Part shown: positions 31,285-41,904 of the stretch, in pieces
How the letters are laid out: every line of letters starts with the position of its first letter
Position numbering within the stretch: the first letter of the stretch is position 1
Source of the DNA: Sedimentisphaerales bacterium
GTDB taxonomy: Bacteria > Planctomycetota > Phycisphaerae > Sedimentisphaerales > SM23-30
DNA: 64,000 nt
Direction: 5' to 3'
Assembly: GCA_963663805.2 (NCBI GenBank)
Contig: CAXXMR010000013.1
Coordinates: 416,001 to 480,000, forward strand
Position numbers and translations under genes: made by a program
Notes under the pieces: model-generated
Told to the model about the DNA's origin: nothing
Database searches by the model: none
Seen by the model: only the letters and a program-made list of their open reading frames with translations

Positions 31285-31363
31285 TGTATTAAATAGACAT
31301 TTTCCTCCTCCTTTGGGCGAGAGAGAGAGAGCTGCACACACTATCTTTCTCTCGCTTTTTTTT
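31285..31363 (+). ncRNA. Candidate small RNA with CCUCCUCC motif and intrinsic terminator
   Basis: Follows the promoter; CCTCCTCC at 31304-31311; 12-bp stem 31317-31328/31344-31355 followed by T8. Confidence 0.6.
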
Positions 31364-31564
31364 GTTTTTCTGGTAAAAAGCAACGTGTAATGTCTTTAGA
31401 TCTTTACTATCTCACCTTATCATCCGCCTGTTTTAGTGAAGCTTTTTAACACAATTACCTTGATTGCAGGCGGCTTCTGATATATTGTTTGAGGGGTCGA
31501 ACTTTGAGCGGTAATTACTAAGTGGAGTTTTGCAAAACTTCAATTACTAACATTTTGTGGCAAA

Positions 31565-32659
31565 ATGGAAGAATCCCAGCGTCAAAAATATATGCAGACC
31601 GCCCTGGAGCTGGCCTCGAAAGGTTCAGGTCATGTCGCTCCCAATCCTCTTGTCGGTGCGGTAATTGTCAAAGACCATACCATCATCGGTCGGGGCTATC
31701 ACAAGAAATTCGGCGGTCCTCATGCCGAGGTAGAGGCCCTGCGGGACTGCCGCGAAAGAGGCTACGATCCCGCCGACGCGACAATGTTTGTTACTCTGGA
31801 ACCGTGTTGTCATTTCGGCAAGACTCCACCTTGTACTCAGGCGATTTTAGAGGCTGGTATCGGTGAGGTTGACATCGCGACGCTCGATGATTATCGGGAG
31901 GTAAACGGCCAAGGTATCGAGTTTCTTCATCGTCAGGGCATAACGGTTGAGATTGGCTGTTGCAGCCGCCAGGCCCGCAGGCTCAATGCCGGCTTTTTCA
32001 CTGCCCAGAAGCTAGGCCGTCCCCACGTAATAGTTAAATGGGCACAGAGCATCGACGCTCAACTTGCCTGGCCGGAAAATTCTGACCGCCGCTGGATAAG
32101 TTCGGACCAGTCGCGTCGTCATGTTCATCTGTTGCGCAGCGGCAGTGGGGCAGTACTGACCGGTGTTAATACCATTCTCGCCGACGACCCGCTGTTGAAT
32201 GTCAGGCTTGACGAACCGGCCGTTCAACCTTTAAGGGTGGTCCTCGACCGAAAGATGCGAATCCCTGTTGATTGTCGGCTGGTCCGGACCGCCGCTGAAT
32301 ATCGCACGCTGATTTATACCATTGTCGGTCAGGAAGAAAAGATACCGCAGCTTGTTCAAGCCGGCTGCGAAGTTGTCATAATCGAATCTATACCTGAATC
32401 AGAAATGCTCAGAGAGGTTCTGTGTGACCTGGGCAAACGCGGTATAACAGATGTGTTTGTCGAAGCCGGTCCTCGACTGATTAATGCTTTTTTAACAGCC
32501 AATCTTGCTGACCGCCTGATGGTGTATATCGCCCCGGTAATCATTGGTAAAGGCCCAGCCCCGTTGAATCTCGAAAATATCCCCATAGAGCCTCTGGATA
32601 CCGAAAATCAGCAAATAGACAACGATATTCTCCTGACGATTTACTTGCGTGAAATCTGA
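31565..32659 (+). CDS. ribD: Bifunctional riboflavin deaminase/reductase RibD
   Basis: PNPLVG, HAEV, LEPCCHFGKTPPC, DDPLL, VEAG. Confidence 0.96.
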   Translation: MEESQRQKYMQTALELASKGSGHVAPNPLVGAVIVKDHTIIGRGYHKKFGGPHAEVEALRDCRERGYDPADATMFVTLEPCCHFGKTPPCTQAILEAGIGEVDIATLDDYREVNGQGIEFLHRQGITVEIGCCSRQARRLNAGFFTAQKLGRPHVIVKWAQSIDAQLAWPENSDRRWISSDQSRRHVHLLRSGSGAVLTGVNTILADDPLLNVRLDEPAVQPLRVVLDRKMRIPVDCRLVRTAAEYRTLIYTIVGQEEKIPQLVQAGCEVVIIESIPESEMLREVLCDLGKRGITDVFVEAGPRLINAFLTANLADRLMVYIAPVIIGKGPAPLNLENIPIEPLDTENQQIDNDILLTIYLREI

Positions 32660-32849
32660 TTAATCGCAGTTTCGCTCTCCCGCCGCAGCTCTGACCAACG
32701 CAACTGCCCGAATTGTCGGCTTAGGTACCAAGGGGGTTTTTGTTGGCATTGGCCATATAACATTGGATGGAAATATAAACAGTTGATTACTGGGGGGCGG
32801 AAGTATACCATTACGGTGTTTGTTTACGTCAACAGAAGGATGTTATGGT

Positions 32850-33690
32850 ATGGAACTGACCTTAATCGTCGTATTGATATTAATTATCCTTTCGTTTATC
32901 TGCGAGTATATGGATTCCACTTTAGGGATGGGGTATGGCACAACTTTGACTCCGGTTTTTATGCTGATGGGTTTTACTCCCTCTGAGATTGTGCCGGCAA
33001 TTTTGGTTAGCGAGCTGGTGACCGGTTTTCTGGCAAGTCTCTGTCATCATGGTCAGGGCAATGTGAATTTTCGGCCGCGTAACCGTGATATTTTTCGTAT
33101 TTACTATCTGGTGCACCCGCTGGAGTATTATCACCGAGTCCGCCGCTCGTTTCCGCTGCATCTGAAAGTCGCTCTGCTTTTTGGTATATGCAGCAGTGTG
33201 GGGGCGGTTGCCGCGGTTTTGGTGGCGGTCAATATTCCCAAATTCTGGCTCAAGATGTATATAGGCGTTCTGGTGCTGTCGATGGGGATATTGATTTTGA
33301 TTTTCTTTAACCGGAAAATCAAATTTTCCACTGCCAAAATTACGGTTTTGGGCTTGATGGCTTCGTTCAACAAAGGGCTCAGCGGGGGGGGGCTACGGCC
33401 CAGTCGTAACCGCCGGCCAGATGCTCGCTGGAATCGAAGGCAAAAACGCTGTAGGCATTACTTCCCTGTCAGAATCACTTACGTGCCTGGTAGGGGTGGT
33501 AATGTATTTGCTGATAGGCAAGGAAGTCAGTTGGCGGCTGGTGCCCTGGATAATAATAGGCGCGGTCGCTTCGGTGCCCTTATCCGTAAAAAGTGTCAAG
33601 TATATCAGCGAAACGAAATTAAAATTCGCTATCGCCGTGCTAACCATTATTCTGGGCTCATATACAATCTACAAGACGGTGTACTGTTGA
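32850..33690 (+). CDS. Sulfite exporter TauE/SafE family protein (+1 frameshift in G9 at 33384-33392)
   Basis: DSTLGMGYG; SGGGYGP restored by removing one G; multi-TM. Confidence 0.85.
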
Positions 33691-33691
33691 T

Positions 33692-36600
33692 TTACTGGCC
33701 TCTGCCGCAGCATTTTTTATATTTTTTCCCGGAGCCGCAGGGACAGGGGTCGTTGCGGCCTACTTTGGGGGTTTCGATTTTGATGGTTGGGGTTTTAACT
33801 TCGCCTTGCGGGGCCTGGGCGGCCTGTCTTTGAGCATCGAAATGTTCCGCCTGAGCGTGCATGGTACTGGAGATATTCCAGACGCTGCGCATTTGGGCGG
33901 AGCTGTCCAGTTGGGCCTTGAAGATTATATCGCTGACCTTCTCGCGGATGGTACTGAGCATGGTCTGGAACATGCGGTATCCTTCGCGTTTGTATTCCAT
34001 TTTGGGGTCGCGTTCAGCGAAGCCCCGCAGCCCGATACCGCTTTTGAGATGATCCATCGCGTAGAGGTGGTCTTTCCACTGGACATCGAAGATTTGCAAT
34101 AGTACATATTTTTCTAATTGGGTTAGTTCGCTGCGCAGGAACTCCCGACCGAGATGCTCGATGGTTTCCAGCGCGTTTTCCTGAGTCAGTTCTTCTTGTT
34201 TAAGTTTGCCGTCGAATCGATTATTGGCCCAGTCGGTCAGTTTCGCCACCGCATTTTCGCTCCAATCGCATTGTGGGCAGGTGCGGCTCGATATACTCCC
34301 TGAGTTTGCCGTTATTCCACTGGCGGTTCAATTCCAGCAGATGGGCTTGGAGCTTATCAAAGGACATATTCTGCACTTCGTCGAGGTCTATTTCGACATC
34401 GAACTTATATTTAACCCAATCGCAGACTGCCCGGGCTGCCTGGCCTGAGCCCGCCTGCTGACGGTGCAGGGCGATGTTGAGGATGTGGTCGATGGGGAAT
34501 TCTATTTCGCGGCGGCGATAAGCTGTGCGAGCTTCTTCGAGAAGAAATTCCTCGACCTGCGAGGCGGATTTTTCGGCCATATCCTCAGCTTTTACTGACA
34601 AGGCAAATTTGTCATTGAACCAGCCGGCTAATGTTTGCCGGGGGTAATCATCCTCGAGAAAAGCCGTAATACGCGAACAGTCGGTTTTGTCGATTTGTAC
34701 GCAGGCGGCATCGCGAAGCTGTTCGTAAACCTCTTCGAAATTCATTTTACGCAGCTGAGTATTGGAGACATTCACAGAGAATTTACTCATAGCCCATTTA
34801 CTCAGTGCCTTGAGGTCCCATTCTTCGACGGGGATGTCGTCGTCCATATACTCGCCCAGGGTAATGGAGATTTCCTGCTCGGCGTTGTTGCGGGCGTGGT
34901 CGAGAATAGTATGTTCCAGCGACTCAGCGTCCCGTCCCTTAATACGGTCCATGTCCAGCTCAACCCCCAGGGTGGTCCGGGCCCATCCCTGGATGCAGAC
35001 ATAGGGATAGAGCTTATCGAGCATGGTCTGGCAGCATTCGTTTACGGCGTCCTCGACCATTTCCCAGATGAGACCTTCGAGCTTGCGTCCTTCGAGAATA
35101 GACTGCCGACGTGTATAGAAAACCTGCCGCTGATAGTCCATGACCTCGTCATATTCTAGCAGGCTTTTACGTGCTTCAAAATTGCGTTCTTCAACCTTTT
35201 TCTGGGCCCGTTCAACGCCCTTGCTGATTTGTTTGTGATAAATTGGTTCGCCTTCCTGCCAGCCAATCCACGAAAGTGCCTTGACGGTCCAGTCCGAAGC
35301 GAAAATTCGCATGAGGTCATCGTCGAACGAAAGGAAAAACTGACTCGAACCCGGGTCGCCCTGACGACCGGCACGACCGCGTAACTGATTGTCGATTCGC
35401 CGGGCTTCATGGCGCTCTGTGCCGAGTACATGCAAACCACCAACTTCGCGTACGCCGCTGCCGAGCTTGATGTCCATACCGCGACCGGCCATATTTGTCG
35501 CGATAGTTACATTGCCCCATTTATTGCCGTCGCGGTGGGCATACTGCTGACCGGCCTTGACGATGATGGCTGCTTCGCGGGCATGCTGTTTGGCGTTGAG
35601 AACTTCATGTTCCAGGCCATACCGCCGGGTAAGGGCCGCTGAAAGGGCCTCACTCTTTTCGATACTGATGGTGCCGACCAGTACCGGCCGACCTGACTTA
35701 CTTATAGCGTGAATCTCATCCACAATCGCGTTGAACTTCTCGGCGATATTTTTGAAAATCAGGTCGTCCTGGTCATCGCGAACAATGGGCCGATTGGTGG
35801 GAATCGCCACCACTTCCAGCCCGTAAATTTTATTGAACTCATCCGACTCCGTCATCGCTGTCCCGGTCATGCCCGCCAACTGCTGATAGAGTTTAAAGAA
35901 ATTCTGGATGGTAATGGTCGCCATGGTCTGCGACTCCTGTTTCACGGTCACATTCTCTTTGGCTTCGACGGCCTGATGCAGACCATCGGACCACTGTCGT
36001 CCCACCATCAGACGACCGGTAAAGCTATCGACAATGACCACCTCACCGGCCTGCACAACGTAATCTTTCTCTTTTTCGTAGGTCACATGCGCCCGCAGGG
36101 CCTGCTCCATCAGGTGAGGCCATTCCATATTCGACCCCACAAAGAAACTGCCCACGCCCGCCAATTCCTGAGCCGCTCCGATACCTTCATGCGTCAGATG
36201 GGCACTATGCCGGTCCTGTTCCACTTCATAATATTGCGTAGCTTGCTCCAGTTTAGCCTGCAAGCTCTCGAGCTCATCCTGGGCCCGGTCCATTTCCTTT
36301 TCCGCCGCGGCCATCCGTTCGCTGTCCTTGCTCTTTTTCGCTTCGGAATATTCACCTTCGGTGTTAGCGATACGACGGTTGACTTGGTCAATCTGCTTTT
36401 CCAGATTAGCGTAAGGTTTCTGCTTATTGATGAGTTCACGCGCCACCACATCTGCTTTTTTATAGCGCGTAACATCATCCTGAGCAGGCCCGGAGATAAT
36501 CAACGGCGTACGGGCCTCGTCAATCAGGATCGAGTCAATCTCATCGACTATCACATAGTCCAGCGGACTTTGCACCTGGTCCTCAAAACGCACTTTCATA

Positions 36601-37487
36601 TTATCACGTAGGTAATCGAAGCCGAACTCGTTGTTTGTTCCATGCGTAATATCGCAATCGTACTGATAACGCCTTTCGTTACCGGCGGTGTCCATTTCGG
36701 ATTGAATAGCGCCGATGCTGATGCCCAGCCCTTCATAAACCGGGGCCATCCAGTCGCGGTCACGCTTGGCCAGAAAATCATTGGTCGTAACCACGTGAAC
36801 CTTACGCCCGCTCAGGGCCACGATATAAACTGCTAGTGTCGCTACGAGTGTTTTACCTTCACCGGTGGCCATTTCCGTGATTGAACCTTCATATAACGCA
36901 CTGCCGCAAATCAGCTGCACATCGAAATGTCGAAAACGAAATACCGGTCTTTCCGTATGCGGAAACTTTTCCCTTATTTCCGCGTAAAACGCCGGATTAA
37001 GCTCAATGCGATTTACGTCCTCGTCATTTTTGACCCGTGCGAGTACGTCGTCATAAATCGCCCGGTTCTCCGCTGATAATATCGTCGCGTCGAAAGCATA
37101 TTGATGGTCAAAGACATTGCGAATGCCCAGATAGCGGTCGGCTGATTCCCGCACCGCCGCGAACGCCTCTGCCAGTACATTATCGCAGCACTGGCGAAAC
37201 TGGCTGATGAGCTGTCTCTTGGCGGGCGTACGAGCTTCGGAAGGCAGAAGCTGAACTTCACGCAGTTTTTCCCGCAGGTCCGGCCCGATTATCTTCGTTT
37301 CCAGCTCCGCGATGCGTCCCTTAAGCTCAGCCGTTTTATGCCGCAGCTCAGAGTCACTCAGACGATTATATTCGGCCTCCAACCCCGCCACGCGAGCGAC
37401 GAACTCCTGCCGCTTCTTTACATAGCGGTCACTGCTGGACTTGAATATCTTCAAAAAAGTTTTGCCGAGTGTTTCTTGTATTGACAT
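33692..37487 (-). CDS. secA: Preprotein translocase subunit SecA, expanded (+1 frameshift near 34275)
   Basis: [44 protein letters not shown]-terminal [18 protein letters not shown]. Confidence 0.95.
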
Positions 37488-37559
37488 TATATCAGCGTCC
37501 TTTTTACGAGTATTTTACCGTTTGCCCGATAGTAAACAGGTATGTTTTCTATTAGCTTT

Positions 37560-38183
37560 TCATTTATTATCGGGTTTTTGATTTTTTATGTCCGGAAATT
37601 TCAAAACATTCGTCCCATCATCCCCAACTTGAGGAGGAAATTCTTCTTCCGCTATATCCTTCGCCTTATTCATCATTTTCATAAACTCCGGCAGCACACC
37701 CATTCCCTGAAGACTTTGAATCATCTCCTCCGGCAAACTTTCCGGACTGCCGTCAAATTCATCAAATATCCCATTGAGCGGATGATCTTCGAGCGTATCC
37801 TCGGTACACCAACGAGGGTCAAAAGGTATTATCTCCAGCCCGTCACGCAGAACAGCCCATTTCTTCTGCATGGTAGATTTCGCTACCCCAAAAGCCTTGG
37901 CCAGATGCTCCGGGTTGATATAAGGCTCGAAACTGTCATCATCCAGAAAATTGACCCGGCAAATAGCGTAAACCACCCCGCAGGCCCAGCCCTCAGCTTT
38001 GCCCCGCGCCGCCGGCGTGTCCGGACCACAGAGGTCCAATACCATTATCCGGCACAAATCCCTGTATTCATCGTCCAGATGTATATAACAGAATTTGTCC
38101 GTCAGACCTACAATTTCCAAAAAACGATTATGCAATTCCGGCGGAACTTCCTCCAGCATTTCTTCCAGCATCGCATCTATCAT
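37560..38183 (-). CDS. Hypothetical protein, DUF6398-like
   Basis: RGKAEGWACGVVYAICRVNFL...FGVAKST resembles DUF6398 (recall). Confidence 0.65.
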   Translation of the reverse strand: MIDAMLEEMLEEVPPELHNRFLEIVGLTDKFCYIHLDDEYRDLCRIMVLDLCGPDTPAARGKAEGWACGVVYAICRVNFLDDDSFEPYINPEHLAKAFGVAKSTMQKKWAVLRDGLEIIPFDPRWCTEDTLEDHPLNGIFDEFDGSPESLPEEMIQSLQGMGVLPEFMKMMNKAKDIAEEEFPPQVGDDGTNVLKFPDIKNQKPDNK

Positions 38184-38198
38184 AATCTCATCCTTTCC

Positions 38199-40382
38199 CT
38201 AGGCCGGAAAATCTAACTTCTCCAACTTTGCGTATTGCAGCAGCAATGTCTTTCTGCCCGCCGTATTGAAAGTCACCACCACCCGGCAATCATTGCCGCT
38301 GGGAGTAATCTCCTGAATCTTGCCCAGCCCGAACTTCGGATGACGCACCATCTGTCCTTTCGTCAGGCCGCCCGTCGGATCTTTGGCTTCCTGACTCTCA
38401 CTATAATCATAACCGGGGTCAGTGTCCTGGTCCATCCAGTCGCGGTCATCTTTGCTTTTGGCATCGTCCCAGCCCGCCACCGACAGTGATTTGAGATTCC
38501 GCAGAAACTGACTGCGAATCGTCGCCATCGACATGCCATGCATCGTCCGGTTCTGGGCATAGCTCAGCGAAAGCTCATTCTGAGCCCGCGTAATCCCCAC
38601 AAACAGCAGTCGCCGTTCTTCCTCGATACCTTTTTCCGTATCGATACTCCGTACATGCGGCAGCAGGCTTTCTTCTACGGCCACAATCCGCACCGCGGGA
38701 AATTCCAAACCCTTGGCAGCGTGCAGCGTCATCAGCGACACCGCGCCCGACTGGTCATTGTAAGCGTCCGAATCACTCAACAGAGCAATTTGCTGCAAAT
38801 AATCATCCAGCGAAGGATTCTCGCAGTTCTCATCATATTCACTCGCCGAGTTAATCAACTCCTCGATATTATCACACGGATCAGAAGTCGGGTCCGCCTT
38901 GTAAAGTTTCTCAAGCCCCGATTTCTCATAAACCACTCGCATTAAATCAGAGATAGACCCGTCGGGCAGCTTGCTGAATTCGACCATCATATCCACAAAC
39001 TTATGCACCTTGCCGCTGGCTGCCGATTTGACCGCACTTATCGAATCTACGCTCTTTAGCGTCTCCCAAATACTAATCCCAGTCATATTGCTCTGGTCAA
39101 CCAAGCGTGTAACCGTGGTATTGCCGATTCCCCGCGCCGGCTGATTGATTATCCGACGCAGCGATACCTGGTCGTTTTCATTCGACAGAAACTTCAGATA
39201 TGCCAGCATATCCTTGATTTCCTTGCGTTTGAAAAATTCCACGCCGCGTACCACCTGATAAGGTACCTGGCTGCGTATTAACGATTCTTCCAGCACCCGG
39301 CTCAGCGAGTTTACCCGATAGAACACCGCTATATCCCGAAAGGCCCGGCCCGCCTTATGCTGCTGCTGAATCCAGTCCACCAGCCCCCGTGCTTCTTCAC
39401 GTTCATCGTAATACTGATACAGTTCCGGTTTGGACCCGCTCGACCGCGACGTAAAAAGTTTCTTTTCCTTACGTTGGCTGTTCTGCTGAATAATCTCATC
39501 CGCCAACGCCAGCACTTCCGGCGTAGACCGAAAATTTTCTTCCAGCCGCACCACTTTCGCGTCCGGGTAATCCTGCTCAAATGCCAGAATATTAGCAATG
39601 TCGGCCCCACGCCACGCGTAAATCGACTGGTCCGGGTCGCCGGTCACAAACAGATTACCGTGATTCAACGCCAGCCCGCGGGCAATCTGATACTGACAAT
39701 GATTGGTATCCTGATACTCGTCCACCAGTACATACTGAAAACGATGATTCAAAAAATCCCGCAAAGAACTATCATCACGAATCAGCAACGCCAGCTTCAT
39801 CAGCAGGTCATCGAAATCTACCGCTCCGTTTTTCGTCAGTCGTTTCTGGTAAGCCTGATATATCCGCCCGACGGCTTTGGAAAGAAAATCCGCCGCCTGA
39901 CCCAGAACTTCCTCCGGACCAATTAAATCATTTTTGTAATTACTGATGCGATTGAGAACCTTGCCCGGCACGTAATTGCCGGTATCGAGGTCGCAGTCTT
40001 TCACCGCGTCGCGTACAGCGGTTTTCTGGTCGGCGTCATCATAAATCGTAAAACTCTGCGGCAGGCCAGCCTTTTCGTGAAATTCCCGCAAAAGCCGGGC
40101 CGCCAGACTATGGAACGTACACATAGTGCAGCCGCGCGGGATATTCATCCGCCCCAGCCGCTCCCGCATTTCCTCAGCGGCCTTATTGGTAAAAGTAATC
40201 GCCAGAATATTATAGGGGCGTATTCCCTGCTGAATCAGATACGCCACCCGATGGGTAATAACCCGGGTTTTTCCGCTGCCCGGCCCCGCCAAAACCAGCA
40301 TTGGCCCGTCAACATGTGCCGCCGCTTGTCTTTGGGCCGCGGTCAATCCCGCCAATAAATCAGTACTACTGTTCACGCTCAT
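38199..40382 (-). CDS. pcrA: ATP-dependent DNA helicase UvrD/PcrA
   Basis: AGPGSGKT, TFTNKAA, VDEYQD, GDPDQSIY, TLHAAKGLEF, EEERRL, C-terminal HPKFG domain. Confidence 0.95.
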   Translation of the reverse strand: MSVNSSTDLLAGLTAAQRQAAAHVDGPMLVLAGPGSGKTRVITHRVAYLIQQGIRPYNILAITFTNKAAEEMRERLGRMNIPRGCTMCTFHSLAARLLREFHEKAGLPQSFTIYDDADQKTAVRDAVKDCDLDTGNYVPGKVLNRISNYKNDLIGPEEVLGQAADFLSKAVGRIYQAYQKRLTKNGAVDFDDLLMKLALLIRDDSSLRDFLNHRFQYVLVDEYQDTNHCQYQIARGLALNHGNLFVTGDPDQSIYAWRGADIANILAFEQDYPDAKVVRLEENFRSTPEVLALADEIIQQNSQRKEKKLFTSRSSGSKPELYQYYDEREEARGLVDWIQQQHKAGRAFRDIAVFYRVNSLSRVLEESLIRSQVPYQVVRGVEFFKRKEIKDMLAYLKFLSNENDQVSLRRIINQPARGIGNTTVTRLVDQSNMTGISIWETLKSVDSISAVKSAASGKVHKFVDMMVEFSKLPDGSISDLMRVVYEKSGLEKLYKADPTSDPCDNIEELINSASEYDENCENPSLDDYLQQIALLSDSDAYNDQSGAVSLMTLHAAKGLEFPAVRIVAVEESLLPHVRSIDTEKGIEEERRLLFVGITRAQNELSLSYAQNRTMHGMSMATIRSQFLRNLKSLSVAGWDDAKSKDDRDWMDQDTDPGYDYSESQEAKDPTGGLTKGQMVRHPKFGLGKIQEITPSGNDCRVVVTFNTAGRKTLLLQYAKLEKLDFPA

Positions 40383-40701
40383 ATCTTCCCTGATATTTTC
40401 CACCGCCCCAAACGGGCGACTTTATCCTCAACTTCAATGCCGACGAACACTACCCACCGGCTAAACGCCCGATGATACCCGAAGATAAGGACCACTGCAA
40501 GAAATTGGCGATGCGTCTGCCCCTTGCCCCTTTGCCCCCGAGACATTTTTGGGAACTATGAAAGTATCGGTTGCCGCTTTGGCTGAGGATGCAGGTAGTG
40601 ATGACTGGGAATCGAGTTTGCAGATTACCCATTTTGACATTTCCCTAATTCTATATAAAATCTTGCCCCGGTGAAATTGTAAAGTTTTTATTGGTGAGGG
40701 C

Positions 40702-40730
40702 TTGACAGTAATCAGGTAATCAGGTAAATT
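40702..40730 (+). promoter_or_regulatory. Sigma70 promoter of tRNA-Val
   Basis: TTGACA-N17-TAAATT; a second TTGACA-N16-TAAAAT at 40634-40661. Confidence 0.7.
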
Positions 40731-40742
40731 TACGAGACTCAA

Positions 40743-40816
40743 GGGCGATTAGCTCAGTTGGCTAGAGCGCCTGCTCGACATGCAGGAGGTCACAGGTTCA
40801 AGTCCCGTATCGCCCA
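40743..40816 (+). tRNA. tRNA-Val(GAC)
   Basis: Cloverleaf: acceptor GGGCGAT/ATCGCCC, D-arm AGCTCAGTTGG, anticodon stem CCTGC-TCGACAT-GCAGG, T-loop GGTTCAAGTCC; CCA not encoded. Confidence 0.97.
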
Positions 40817-40937
40817 TTTCTATCTTTTTTGAATTATCGCACCGTAACGCATTATCTCTCAAGACGTTGCAAACACTAAAGTTGTCGATTCCGCTGATTT
40901 TTTGGTGGGAGGCTATGAGGGGCAGTTCGGCGGTGTT

Positions 40938-41051
40938 CAATGAGGTGCGAAAGTTACAGCCTTTTCTCCGATTCCGCGTGATTACGTCACGTTCTCCAGG
41001 TTCGGCATTTTCGAACGCCTCTCGCAGATGAGGCAGTAATTCCGGGAATAA
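40938..41051 (-). pseudogene. Remnant of a tyrosine recombinase/integrase
   Basis: LFPELLPHLREAFENAEPGERDVITR...NFRTSL resembles planctomycete integrase segments (recall); adjacent to the tRNA 3' end. Confidence 0.55.
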
Positions 41052-41175
41052 CCAGTCCATTATCCCCGGCAACACATTATTGTTTCTTGATGAGAGCAAG
41101 GCTGCTCCGGAAGTTTTTGCTACGCTGAGATATTTTTATGAGCAAATGCCAAAGTTACATATTATAGCAGTGAGT

Positions 41176-41904
41176 TCACTTCTTGGATTTGTCCTTGAAA
41201 AACATTAGTTGTTTACGCAGTTTGAATAATTCTTTGAACGCCCGCAGAATGACTTTGATATTCGCTCCGCTTTGCGTGCCGGCCTGACGCGGGTAATGAG
41301 TTACGGGCCGTTGTACCATGCGGCAGCCCAGCCGCTGGGCACGGGCGAGAATTTCCGTGTCGATCAGGGCACCGGTGCTGTGCATTTCTATCTTATCGAA
41401 TATCTCCCGACGATATAATTTGAACGCGCAATCTATATCACGCAGATGCAAACGAAACATAAAATTAACCAGTTTGCCCCAGGCCCAGGCGTTTACTTTC
41501 CTGATAAACGGGTCCTGTCGATTGGCACGATAGCAGGTGATAATATCATTATCATCGGTCAAATCCAGCAGGCCGGGCAGCTCGCCCAAATCGAACTGGC
41601 CGTCGCCGTCCGTATAAAAAACCCACTCTTTAGTCGCGGCTTTGAAGCCACTTTGCAAAGCGGAACCGTAGCCTTGATTGTGAAGGTGATGCACTACTTT
41701 AATGTTTTCATTATCAGCGGCGAGCCGGTCGGCTATGGGGCCGGTGTCGTCGCGACTGCCGTCGTTTACTATTATGATTTCGTAATCATCGCTGATTGGG
41801 GGCAGGACTTTCAGGGCCTGCTCAGCCATTCGCTGGACATTCCCCTGTTCGTTGTGGCAGGGGAAAAATACTGAGACGCTGATTTTTTTGGGGTTTACCA
41901 CCAC
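41176..41904 (-). CDS. GT2 glycosyltransferase (polyprenol-phosphate glycosyltransferase-like)
   Basis: PCHNE, NDGSRD, NQGYG, DGDGQ, DIDCAFK. Confidence 0.92.
   Translation of the reverse strand: MVVNPKKISVSVFFPCHNEQGNVQRMAEQALKVLPPISDDYEIIIVNDGSRDDTGPIADRLAADNENIKVVHHLHNQGYGSALQSGFKAATKEWVFYTDGDGQFDLGELPGLLDLTDDNDIITCYRANRQDPFIRKVNAWAWGKLVNFMFRLHLRDIDCAFKLYRREIFDKIEMHSTGALIDTEILARAQRLGCRMVQRPVTHYPRQAGTQSGANIKVILRAFKELFKLRKQLMFFKDKSKK

Noticed and set aside
31364..31564. FMN riboswitch upstream of ribD
   Set aside because: No RFN consensus blocks visible
32660..32849. Riboswitch or repeat end upstream of the TauE gene
   Set aside because: No SAM or Moco consensus; only weak similarity (GGCTTAGG) to the repeat module end
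40749..41099. 116-aa ORF as a real gene
   Set aside because: It runs antisense through tRNA-Val; only a short internal segment looks protein-derived
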